From Bellilinea caldifistulae (GTDB lineage: Bacteria; Chloroflexota; Anaerolineae; Anaerolineales; Anaerolineaceae), in NCBI RefSeq assembly GCF_001306055.1, contig NZ_LGHJ01000006.1, positions 1-32,000 of the forward strand: a DNA stretch of 32,000 nt, written 5' to 3'. The notes under the pieces were generated by a model. The model searched no databases and was not told the origin of the DNA. It saw only the letters and a list, made by a program, of their open reading frames with translations. The position numbers were made by a program, and so were the translations under genes. The number at the start of each line of letters is the position of its first letter. The first letter of the stretch is position 1. Shown in pieces: positions 7,364 through 15,504 of this stretch.

Positions 7364-8587
7364 ATGTTGTCCTTTTCTTTCTTCCTGCGCCGCAAAGCCG
7401 CCCTGCTGATGATGGTGCTGCTGCTGGCTGGCTGTGTGAGTCCTCCTACCAGATTGACGGCTACCCCCTCGGCAACCGCTTCGCCGCTGCCCGTTCAACC
7501 GCCTTCGGCGACGGCTACCTTGCCGGGTTTCCGCACACCGCGGGCGGTTTTCCCCACCCCGCGCCTGACGCCGATCACCCCCATCCCGCCGCCGCTTTCC
7601 CAAATCCGCCTGCCGGTGGAGGTGCGCACGCTGGTGCTGGTGGGGCTGGATTACAGCACCCCCTACGCTGGGCGCGGGGATGCTGTTGCGCTGGTGTTTT
7701 ATCAACCGCGGCTTGGGCGCGCCAGTGTCCTTTCTCTGCCGCCGGACTTGTTCGTCTACATTCCCGGGTATACCATGCAGCGCCTCAACACGGCTTATGC
7801 TGTTGGCGGGGTGCGGATGCTGGCCGATACCCTGGAATACAACTTTGGCGTGCGCCCGGACGATTACGTAATCGTGCGGCTGGAAGCCCTGGTTTACTTC
7901 ATTGACGATTTGGGCGGGCTGGAAGTGACCGTTGCCGAAAAGATGCCCGAAATCTGCAACGATATACCGCCCGGCCGTCACCTGCTGGACGGCGATCAGG
8001 TGATGTGTTACCTGCGTTATCGCATCGGTCAGGATGAAGAAAACCGCAACCTGCGCCAGCAGGAAATCCTGCGTCTGATTGTTCAGCGCATGGTTTCCGG
8101 CGGAACACTCGTGCGCCTGCCCGAACTGTATCAAAATTACCGCAACAGCGTTGAAAGCAGCCTGACCCTGCCGGACTTGCAAGTCTTAATCCCCTTCGCC
8201 CTGCGGTTGGGGGATGCCAGTCATCTCGGTTTTTTCCGTTTGGGCAAGGATGATCTGGAAACGTGGGAAATCCCGCAGGCGCTCAAACCGGTGGTTTTTT
8301 TGCCAAAGCCGGAGCGGGTGGCGGTTCAGGTGCAATCCGCGATTGATTTTGTGCTGACTCCCGTGCCGAACACCGACCGTCTGCTGACCCTGGAATACGA
8401 ACTGACCATCAGCCCGACTCCGACCAACACCCGCACGCCCACCCTCACCCCGACGATTACACCAACCCCCGTCTTCACCCAGACGCTGACCCCCACCACC
8501 AGCCTGACGCCAACCCCGACCGGCAGCATCACCCCCACCGGTTCGATCACTGTATCGCCCAGCGTTACCCCCACCCCAACCCCGTGA
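7364..8587 (+). CDS. LCP (LytR-CpsA-Psr) family lipoprotein with Thr/Pro-rich C-terminal tail
   Basis: Lipobox LLAGC. The LCP core reads LVGLDYS...GRGDAVALVF...SLPPDLFVYIPG...RLNTAY..GG...L....FGV..DDYV.V. The last ~60 aa are a TPTPT-type low-complexity tail. Confidence 0.85.
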   Translation: MLSFSFFLRRKAALLMMVLLLAGCVSPPTRLTATPSATASPLPVQPPSATATLPGFRTPRAVFPTPRLTPITPIPPPLSQIRLPVEVRTLVLVGLDYSTPYAGRGDAVALVFYQPRLGRASVLSLPPDLFVYIPGYTMQRLNTAYAVGGVRMLADTLEYNFGVRPDDYVIVRLEALVYFIDDLGGLEVTVAEKMPEICNDIPPGRHLLDGDQVMCYLRYRIGQDEENRNLRQQEILRLIVQRMVSGGTLVRLPELYQNYRNSVESSLTLPDLQVLIPFALRLGDASHLGFFRLGKDDLETWEIPQALKPVVFLPKPERVAVQVQSAIDFVLTPVPNTDRLLTLEYELTISPTPTNTRTPTLTPTITPTPVFTQTLTPTTSLTPTPTGSITPTGSITVSPSVTPTPTP

Positions 8588-8722
8588 GTCTTTTCGTTTT
8601 GGAAAGGTATCCGGTGGGGGTGTTCGTAAACCTTGTGCTTTATGATAAACTAATCCAAGACGGAGTCATCCATCCCATAGCCTTGGCACATTCTGTGCAG
8701 GGAGAGCAGTGAGTAAGTCAAC

Positions 8723-10606
8723 ATGAAACGGCTGGCGGTGTTGGGGATGATTGTATTGCTTGCCGGTGGGCTGTTTACAGCCGCACTCCCTGCGCCTGCG
8801 CCGGTACTCGCCGAAGAAACGACACCCGAAGCGCCCAAACGCCTGACCACCCTCCAAATCAACTTTGAACGCCACGAGTGGTGGCTGGTGCGCTGGAAAA
8901 ATAACGAGATCACCTGCCGTTTTCTGGTGGAACACGAAGGCCTGCCGATTGCCGATGAGATTCGCGTGTGGTGTGGGACGACCCTCTACAACGAATGGCT
9001 GGCCACCAAACCCTGTGCGCTTACCTCACCGGATCAGTCCCTGCAATCCTGCCCCGGTTTGTACCTGTTTCACTTTACCAGTTATCCGGCCAGCAAAGAA
9101 GTCAATGTGGAACTACCCCTGCCGGCGGTGTGGGTCAGTGTGACCGGTTGTACCCCCCAGCCGCCCGGTAATCGTTGCGAAAGTCTGCCTCAATTGCTGC
9201 TGACCGGCGAAGAGCCGCTGCCTAATGAGACCATCATCAGCATTCAGGGAACGCTCAACGGCAATCCTTTTGTTTGCAATGGGGATGCCTGTGCCATTCC
9301 CTTGCAGCCAACCGGTCAGGGAGGGGTGACGGTCGAGTTTTGGGCCGACTCGAGCTTTGGCGATTCCAGCCCAAAATTCAGCGCCTTGGTGCGGGTCATT
9401 CCGCAGGGAGATTTTATGTCGCCGGAGGGAGTTTCCACGGACAAACCGCTCTACTACGTGGATGTGTTGAGCAGTCAGTGGCGCGGCGGTGCGCTGGCTT
9501 CCTGTTCCGATATCTGGGGATCGTTTCCGCCGATTGGCGGGCCGGCCCCGTGGCTGACCACGCCGCAAGACCCGCAGGAATTGTACTCGGCAGTCAGCCT
9601 GTATTATCTGGCGGGGATGCTGATTGCCAACGGCGAAGTGGACGCCAGCGAATGCCGCGATGGCGGACTGGCAACCCCGTTGACCGCCAGCGAATGCGGT
9701 GTGCGCGCAGCGTATGAGCAGGTGGTGGCCTGGCAAAACCGCTTCGATGAGGAAATCTGGAATGTGGCGCAGGATACGGGTGTGCCGGCTCAACTGCTGA
9801 AAAACATTTTCAGCCGCGAAAGCCAGTTCTGGCCGGGCATCTACCGCAATTACAAAGAAGCCGGTCTTGGACAGTTGACCGAAAAAGGCGCCGATACGGT
9901 CTTGTTGTGGAATCCGAGTTTCTTTGACCAGTTCTGTCCGCTGGTGCTGCACCAGAGTCGTTGTGATCTCGGTTTCGGTAATATCAAGGAAGATGAGCGG
10001 GCGCTGCTGCGGGGTGCCCTGGTGGGCAAGGTCAACGCTGCCTGTGCCGACTGCCCGGCGGGGATTGACCTTTCACAGGCGCATTTCAGCATCCGCGTGT
10101 TTGCTGAGGGGATGATCGGCAACTGCGAGCAGGTGGGGCGGGTTTTGAACAACCTGACCGGCAAGACGGCCGGTTCGGTGGCGACCTATGAAGACCTGTG
10201 GCGGTTTACGCTGGTCAATTACAACGCCGGGCCGGGCTGTCTGGCTACGGCGGTGCGCAAAGCGCTCAGTTTGGGTCAGCCGTTAACCTGGCAGAATGTT
10301 TCGGCTCAGTTGGAGCCAGCCTGTCAGGGCGCGATCAAGTACGTCAACGACATCAGCCAAAAGTTGAGCGGGGTTCAGCCTACGCCGACTTCGTGGGTGT
10401 ACCCCGGTCAGCCGCCGCCGCAGGCCACCGTAGTTACCCTGCCGCCGGGTGTCACCCCCGTGCTTCAGCCGACTCTGCCACCGGGGGCAACCCCCCAACC
10501 GGGTGCGACGCCTCAGCCCGGCTACCCGCCACCGCAAGCCACCCCGGTTGAAGGCTATCCCTATCCCGTCCAGCCCACCCCCACGTTTTACAACCCCTAC
10601 CCTTAA
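8723..10606 (+). CDS. secreted lytic transglycosylase (SLT-like) domain protein with Cys-rich N-terminal region and Pro-rich tail
   Basis: Signal peptide present. FSRESQFWP...AGLGQLTEKG and LVNYNAGPG resemble the SLT catalytic E-S, GLMQ and AYNAG motifs. 627 aa. Confidence 0.72.
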   Translation: MKRLAVLGMIVLLAGGLFTAALPAPAPVLAEETTPEAPKRLTTLQINFERHEWWLVRWKNNEITCRFLVEHEGLPIADEIRVWCGTTLYNEWLATKPCALTSPDQSLQSCPGLYLFHFTSYPASKEVNVELPLPAVWVSVTGCTPQPPGNRCESLPQLLLTGEEPLPNETIISIQGTLNGNPFVCNGDACAIPLQPTGQGGVTVEFWADSSFGDSSPKFSALVRVIPQGDFMSPEGVSTDKPLYYVDVLSSQWRGGALASCSDIWGSFPPIGGPAPWLTTPQDPQELYSAVSLYYLAGMLIANGEVDASECRDGGLATPLTASECGVRAAYEQVVAWQNRFDEEIWNVAQDTGVPAQLLKNIFSRESQFWPGIYRNYKEAGLGQLTEKGADTVLLWNPSFFDQFCPLVLHQSRCDLGFGNIKEDERALLRGALVGKVNAACADCPAGIDLSQAHFSIRVFAEGMIGNCEQVGRVLNNLTGKTAGSVATYEDLWRFTLVNYNAGPGCLATAVRKALSLGQPLTWQNVSAQLEPACQGAIKYVNDISQKLSGVQPTPTSWVYPGQPPPQATVVTLPPGVTPVLQPTLPPGATPQPGATPQPGYPPPQATPVEGYPYPVQPTPTFYNPYP

Positions 10607-10636
10607 TCGCTTAACGCCGGAAAGAAAGGGCGCAAT

Positions 10637-10673
10637 GGGATTGAAAAAATTTTCATTATTTCAATCCCTTTTC
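10637..10673 (+). terminator. rho-independent terminator of the SLT-like gene
   Basis: GGGATTGAAA-N12-TTTCAATCCC followed by TTTT. Confidence 0.7.
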
Positions 10674-10685
10674 AGCGGTTAGCAG

Positions 10686-10691
10686 TATAAT
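10686..10691 (+). promoter_or_regulatory. -10 box TATAAT, 8 nt upstream of the GNAT gene ATG (leaderless-type promoter)
   Basis: The sequence reads agTATAATctcaacttATG, with no SD. Confidence 0.4.
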
Positions 10692-10699
10692 CTCAACTT

Positions 10700-11269
10700 A
10701 TGAAACACGAATCTCTATCGGATGACATCCTGTTGCTCGAAACAGAACGGCTGGTTTTACGCCCGCTCCAAACGAAGGACGCCGCCGGTTTGCTGGCGTT
10801 ATACGCCATCCCCGAAGTGACCGAATTTACCGATATTCCCACCATGCAAGAAGAATCGGAAGCCCTCCGCTGGATTGAGGAACTGAATGCCATGCGCCGC
10901 GCCGGTCAGGGCTTGCGCTGGGGGGTGTTTGACCGCGAGAGCGGCGGGTTAATCGGAACGTGCGGTTTTCACCACTGGGATCAGTCTCGCCGGCGGGCCG
11001 AGATCAGTTACGACCTCAGCCCAAAATGGTGGGGACAGGGCTACATGCGCGAGGCGCTGCAAGCCGTACTGCAATTCGGCTTTGACCGACTCAACCTGCA
11101 CCGCATCGAAGCGCTGGTTGACCCGCGCGATACCCGCTCGCAAAACCTGCTCTACGGACTGGGCTTCAAGTTAGAGGGCGTCCTGCGTGACCACGACTTG
11201 ATCAAAGACCATTTTCAGGATGACATGGTCTTTGCGTTGTTAGAGGGGGAGTGGAAGAAACAGGCTTGA
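10700..11269 (+). CDS. GNAT family N-acetyltransferase (RimJ/RimL-like)
   Basis: 189 aa. The ETERLVLRPL start, the WGQGY(M)REA acetyl-CoA loop and LHRIEALVDPRDTRSQNLL are typical of Acetyltransf_3. Confidence 0.9.
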   Translation: MKHESLSDDILLLETERLVLRPLQTKDAAGLLALYAIPEVTEFTDIPTMQEESEALRWIEELNAMRRAGQGLRWGVFDRESGGLIGTCGFHHWDQSRRRAEISYDLSPKWWGQGYMREALQAVLQFGFDRLNLHRIEALVDPRDTRSQNLLYGLGFKLEGVLRDHDLIKDHFQDDMVFALLEGEWKKQA

Positions 11270-11272
11270 AAA

Positions 11273-12214
11273 TTACTCGCTAACGGGCTGAAAACGGCTG
11301 CCTAACTCCGCCTGAATTTCCTGCTGGTGGGCGAAAATAAAATCCCAAAAGACGGCTGCGGCGCTGCTGAGCGGATTGAGCCGGTGGCGAGTCATGTAAA
11401 TTTGCTGTTCAAGATGAACGCCGCGTATGGACACAGTGCGTACATCCGGCAGGATCAGGTTTTGCAGCACCATCTGAGAAACAAAACCCACCCCCACGCC
11501 ACGCTGAACGGCAACCGCAATCGCCTCTGAATTGCCCATGCGCAGCACCAGCGCTAATTCGTGGATGTTGATGCCGTGCCTCGCCAGCGTTTCTTTGACT
11601 ACGCGGAAAGTGCCGGCGCACTCCTCGCGCAGGATGAAGCGTTCGTTTTTAAGTTCCTCCACTTCGATTTCCCCGCGCCTCGCCCACGGGTGATTCGCCG
11701 GCACGATCAGGTGAATGGGGTCGGTTATGAAGGGGCGGAATTCGTAGTGGTGATCGAACTCGTCAATACTGCTGGAAAAGGCAAAATGGGCTTCCCCTTT
11801 CTCCAGCATCTCCAGCGCACCTATTCGACTCATCACCAGGCACTGAGCGCTGACCCGCGGATAATGGCGTAAAAAGTCACTCACCACCACCGGCAGGACG
11901 TACTTGCCCGGGGTGGTGCTGCAGGCAATCGTTAAAAAGCCGCTGATCTGCCCGCGGCTGGCATCCACCACCTCGCGCGCCCGCAGGTTGAGGGTGACCA
12001 GCTGGCGGGCAACCGGTAAGAAACTTTCACCCGTCTGGCTTAGCTGTAACCTTCGCCCGCTGCGCACGAATAAAGCCTCGCCCAATTGATTTTCTAACGC
12101 CTGAATGGTTTGGGTGACGGCGGGCTGGGAGAGATTCAGTTTTTTGGCTGCCTGAGAAAAGTTGAGCGTTTCGGCAGCCACGATAAAAACGCGCAACTGG
12201 TGGGGGTCAAACAT
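11273..12214 (-). CDS. LysR family transcriptional regulator
   Basis: N-terminal wHTH FSQAAKKLNLSQPAVTQTIQALENQLG plus a LysR substrate-binding domain. Divergent from the cytochrome/rhodanese genes. Confidence 0.92.
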   Translation of the reverse strand: MFDPHQLRVFIVAAETLNFSQAAKKLNLSQPAVTQTIQALENQLGEALFVRSGRRLQLSQTGESFLPVARQLVTLNLRAREVVDASRGQISGFLTIACSTTPGKYVLPVVVSDFLRHYPRVSAQCLVMSRIGALEMLEKGEAHFAFSSSIDEFDHHYEFRPFITDPIHLIVPANHPWARRGEIEVEELKNERFILREECAGTFRVVKETLARHGINIHELALVLRMGNSEAIAVAVQRGVGVGFVSQMVLQNLILPDVRTVSIRGVHLEQQIYMTRHRLNPLSSAAAVFWDFIFAHQQEIQAELGSRFQPVSE

Positions 12215-12227
12215 GACATACTCTCTT

Positions 12228-12245
12228 TTTATAAGGAAAACTTAT
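12228..12245. promoter_or_regulatory. LysR-type box (ATAAG-N5-CTTAT, fits T-N11-A); TTTATAAGGAA motif repeated at 12319-12329
   Basis: Palindrome at 12231-12245, just downstream of a minus-strand TAGAAT (12249-12254), which is a typical autoregulation position. The 11-nt motif TTTATAAGGAA recurs next to a plus-strand TAGAAT (12314-12319). Confidence 0.4.
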
Positions 12246-12274
12246 CCAATTCTATCATGAGTTCCAATGATGGA

Positions 12275-12292
12275 TTGTGACAATATTCACTA
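12275..12292. promoter_or_regulatory. Rex/CRP-FNR-like palindrome TTGTGAC-AATA-TTCACTA upstream of the cytochrome gene
   Basis: Matches 12 of 14 specified positions of the Rex operator consensus as I recall it (TTGTGAA-N4-TTCACAA). It also fits TGTGA-N6-TCAC(A). It is centred about 42 nt upstream of the transcription start predicted from the TAGAAT at 12314-12319. Confidence 0.4.
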
Positions 12293-12356
12293 ACTGACAG
12301 ATTAAACAAACCTTAGAATTTATAAGGAAGTGTATTCCCCGTAAAAGGAGCAAATT

Positions 12357-12608
12357 ATGGGAAAATTACGCATCTGGCTTGGATTGCTGGCAGGGTTCTT
12401 GATTCTGCTGGCGGGCTGTGCGCGGGCTACTCAGCCGGCCCCAACCGCCACCAGTGAGGTCCCTGCCCGGCCGACCGCTCCTGCTGCAACCGCCACCTCC
12501 CAGCCGCAGGTCAATTACTGCGTCGAATGCCACACCGACAAAGACCGCCTGATTCAAACGGCTAAACCGGAGGAAGAGGTCATCGAAGAATCGGAAGGGG
12601 CTGGCTGA
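12357..12608 (+). CDS. N-terminal segment of a multihaem c-type cytochrome lipoprotein (signal peptide, lipobox, 1 CxxCH), ending at an in-frame TGA
   Basis: AAGGAG SD 7 nt upstream. Lipobox LLAGC and one haem motif CVECH. It is in the same frame as 12618-13721 and separated from it only by TGA plus 3 sense codons. Confidence 0.7.
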   Translation: MGKLRIWLGLLAGFLILLAGCARATQPAPTATSEVPARPTAPAATATSQPQVNYCVECHTDKDRLIQTAKPEEEVIEESEGAG

Positions 12609-12617
12609 GGGGGCGAA

Positions 12618-13721
12618 GTGGCTCCGTTGGAGCCTTGGGAGAAAGTTTTAGTTAGCGCCAGTTTTCTGGAAAGTACGCACGGACAGTTTACCTGCGTGCA
12701 GTGCCATGGCGGAACCCAATCACCCGACAAGGACACTGCCCATACTAATCTGATTGCTAACCCCTACACCGACAGTGTCGGCCGCTGCGACCGCTGCCAC
12801 GCCGAAATCATGGCCACCTTCCCGGATAGTCTGCATGCCTCACTGTCGGGCTACCCGGTTGCCATGCAATCGCGCAGCGTACCGGAAAACCACCCCGCCC
12901 TGCAGGAAGCCTACAACAATCACTGCTCGAAATGCCACAGTTCCTGCACCGATTGTCACATTACCCAACCGCAGCACCTCGGCGGCGGCTTTCTGGATGG
13001 TCATAATTTTGTCAAAACACCGCCGATGACGCGTACCTGTACGGCCTGCCACGGCACGCGGGTGGGAGATGAGTACCTCGGCAAGCACGAGGATATCCCT
13101 GGCGATGTCCACTTCCGGGTTGGGCGGATGAACTGCGTTGCCTGCCACAGCGGCGAGTCGCTCCACAACACCCCGGCGGATGCGCGCGGCAACCGCTACT
13201 GGGGCGAGCAGTCACCGGCCTGCACCACCTGCCACACCACGGTTGGGCAAAAAGACGACCCCATCTTGCAGCATACCATCCACGGGGAAAAATTATCCTG
13301 TCAGGTGTGTCATTCGGTCAGTTACACCTCCTGCGATGGCTGTCATGTGGCCATCAGTGATAAGACCGGCCAGCCGTTCTTCCGCACCGAAGCCACCTAC
13401 CTGACCTTCTTTATCGGTAAAAATCCCCTGGATAACCAAAACCGCCCCTACGAGTATGTGCCGCTGCGGCATGTGCCGGTTGCCCCGACCAGTTTTGAGT
13501 ACTACGGCGAAAATCTGCTGCCCAATTTTGATTTGCGTCCGACGTGGATGTACGCTACCCCCCATAACATCCAGCGCAAGACGCCTCAAAATCAGTCCTG
13601 CAACAGTTGTCATGGAAATGCGGCTATTTTCCTGACGGCTGATAAGGTCAAACCGGAGGAGTTGAACGCCAACCAGCGGGTGATTGTGGAAGAGATACCC
13701 GCTCCCATTCCGGGACAATAA
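12618..13721 (+). CDS. decahaem c-type cytochrome segment (10 CxxCH), no signal peptide of its own
   Basis: Haem motifs CVQCH, CDRCH, CSKCH, CTDCH, CTACH, CVACH, CTTCH, CQVCH, CDGCH, CNSCH. The nominal GTG start has no SD or export signal. It is most parsimoniously the continuation of 12357-12608 (454 residues in total). Confidence 0.8.
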   Translation: MAPLEPWEKVLVSASFLESTHGQFTCVQCHGGTQSPDKDTAHTNLIANPYTDSVGRCDRCHAEIMATFPDSLHASLSGYPVAMQSRSVPENHPALQEAYNNHCSKCHSSCTDCHITQPQHLGGGFLDGHNFVKTPPMTRTCTACHGTRVGDEYLGKHEDIPGDVHFRVGRMNCVACHSGESLHNTPADARGNRYWGEQSPACTTCHTTVGQKDDPILQHTIHGEKLSCQVCHSVSYTSCDGCHVAISDKTGQPFFRTEATYLTFFIGKNPLDNQNRPYEYVPLRHVPVAPTSFEYYGENLLPNFDLRPTWMYATPHNIQRKTPQNQSCNSCHGNAAIFLTADKVKPEELNANQRVIVEEIPAPIPGQ

Positions 13722-13748
13722 AAACTATTTTAGTGAGAGGAAAGAAAG

Positions 13749-15482
13749 ATGAACCGAAAAATTGCTTTACCGCTAATTCTCATCATCATCCTGAGTATGC
13801 TGCTGGGCGCCTGTGCCCCGGCGGCTACCCCCACTGCCGCGCCGGTGGTTGAACCGACCACCCCACCGGTTGTCGAGCCCACCGCGGTACCCACCGCCGA
13901 ACCGCAGCCCGAACTGGATATTCTCGCGCTGTGGAGCGGTCTGGTAGCCGAACTGCCGGCTGAAAAGGGTTATGGCACCGTCAGCGCCACAAAACTGAAT
14001 GAGGATCTGGCTGATAATCCGCCCTTCCTTTTGGATGTGCGCGAAGCTGCCGAAGTAGAAAAGGACGGCTACATTGAAGGGGCTGTGAATATCCCAATTC
14101 GCCAGTTGTTGCAGAATCTGGATAAATTGCCGGCGATGGACAAGCCGATTGTGATCTACTGCGCTTCCGGCCATCGCGGCGGATACGCGCTGGCTGCCCT
14201 GAAACTGCTGGGCTATCAGAATGTGCGCAATCTGGGCGGCGGTTTGGGCGCCTGGAAGAAAGCCGAACTGCCGGTGGTTACCGGCTCACTGCCTGCCGCC
14301 CCGGCCGCCGGTAGCATGCCGCAAATCAAAGATCAGGCGCTTTTTGACCTGCTCAACGACTGGCTGAGCAACCTGCCGGAGGGCTTCCGCACCGTCAAAG
14401 CGGACAAACTGAACAGCGACCTGGCGGATGGTAAAAAGGTCTTTTTGCTGGATGTGCGCAACAAAGCCGAGGTCGAAAAGAACGGTTTTATTGGCGGCAG
14501 CACCCACATTCCCTTTGAGGAATTATTTGCCAAACTGGATCAACTACCCGCCAAAGATGCCGAGATTGTGATCTACTGTGCATCCGGCCACCGCGGGGCG
14601 ATTGCTCAAATGGGGCTTGCCCTGCTGGGTTATGAAAAAGTCGTTAACCTGGGGGGCGGCCTGAATGCCTGGAAGGCAGCCGGTTTTGCCGTGGAAGGCG
14701 TGGTGGACTGGAACGCCCTGTGGGGCGATTTCCTGACCAACTTACCCGGGGACTTTTACACCATCTCGGCTACCAAACTCAATGAACAGCTGGCTGATAA
14801 ACCGCCTTTCCTGCTGGATGTGCGTGAAACTGCCGAACTGGAAAAAGATGGTTATATCGAAGGGGCTGTTCACATTCCCGTCCGCCAGCTGCTGGATAAT
14901 CTGGACAAACTGCCGGCGCAGGATCAGCCAATTGTGATCTACTGCGCCTCCGGCCATCGCGGGGCGTTTGCGCTGGCGGCTTTGCGCTTCCTTGGTTATA
15001 CCAATGTAGTCAATCTGGGCGGTGGCCTGAACGCCTGGAAGAAAGCCGAATTACCGGTTGTGACCGGCTCGCTGCCGGCAGAGCCACCCGCCGCTACTGC
15101 TCCGGCGGTGGATGCCCTGCGGCTGGAGGGACTGAAAGCCTTCTTCGCCGGTCTGCCGGAAGGTTTTGGCACCATCAAAGCGGCCGACCTGAATGCCGCG
15201 CTTGGCGAAGCCAGCAAACCATTCGTTTTGGATGTCCGTACCGAAAAAGAATGGAACGAGGAAGGTTACATTGAAGGTTCAGTACTGATTCCGATCAACC
15301 AGTTGTGGGGACGGCTGGCGGAACTGCCCGGCAAGGATGCCCGTATCGTCGTGCTGTGCAAATCCGGTCATCGCGGTGCGCTGGCGATGATGGCGTTGCG
15401 CATGAATGGCTACACGGATGTGGTCAATCTGGGCGGGGGGTTGAACGCCTGGGCGGCCGCCGAACTGCCGCTGGTGAAGTAA
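13749..15482 (+). CDS. exported lipoprotein with four tandem rhodanese (sulfurtransferase) domains
   Basis: Lipobox LLGAC followed by a Pro/Thr/Val linker. Four rhodanese modules each retain an active-site loop: YCASGHRGG, YCASGHRGA, YCASGHRGA, LCKSGHRGA. GAGAGGAAAG SD upstream. Confidence 0.88.
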   Translation: MNRKIALPLILIIILSMLLGACAPAATPTAAPVVEPTTPPVVEPTAVPTAEPQPELDILALWSGLVAELPAEKGYGTVSATKLNEDLADNPPFLLDVREAAEVEKDGYIEGAVNIPIRQLLQNLDKLPAMDKPIVIYCASGHRGGYALAALKLLGYQNVRNLGGGLGAWKKAELPVVTGSLPAAPAAGSMPQIKDQALFDLLNDWLSNLPEGFRTVKADKLNSDLADGKKVFLLDVRNKAEVEKNGFIGGSTHIPFEELFAKLDQLPAKDAEIVIYCASGHRGAIAQMGLALLGYEKVVNLGGGLNAWKAAGFAVEGVVDWNALWGDFLTNLPGDFYTISATKLNEQLADKPPFLLDVRETAELEKDGYIEGAVHIPVRQLLDNLDKLPAQDQPIVIYCASGHRGAFALAALRFLGYTNVVNLGGGLNAWKKAELPVVTGSLPAEPPAATAPAVDALRLEGLKAFFAGLPEGFGTIKAADLNAALGEASKPFVLDVRTEKEWNEEGYIEGSVLIPINQLWGRLAELPGKDARIVVLCKSGHRGALAMMALRMNGYTDVVNLGGGLNAWAAAELPLVK

Positions 15483-15504
15483 GCGCCTTTATTCGGTACA
15501 CAAT

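Noticed and set aside
12606-12608. Genome-wide UGA reassignment (UGA read as Gly or Trp) as the explanation for the in-frame TGA in the cytochrome.
   Set aside because: TGA clearly terminates other well-defined genes in the window at the expected protein ends, for example miaB at 1931-1933 and the M23 peptidase at 2659-2661. Any recoding would therefore have to be local.
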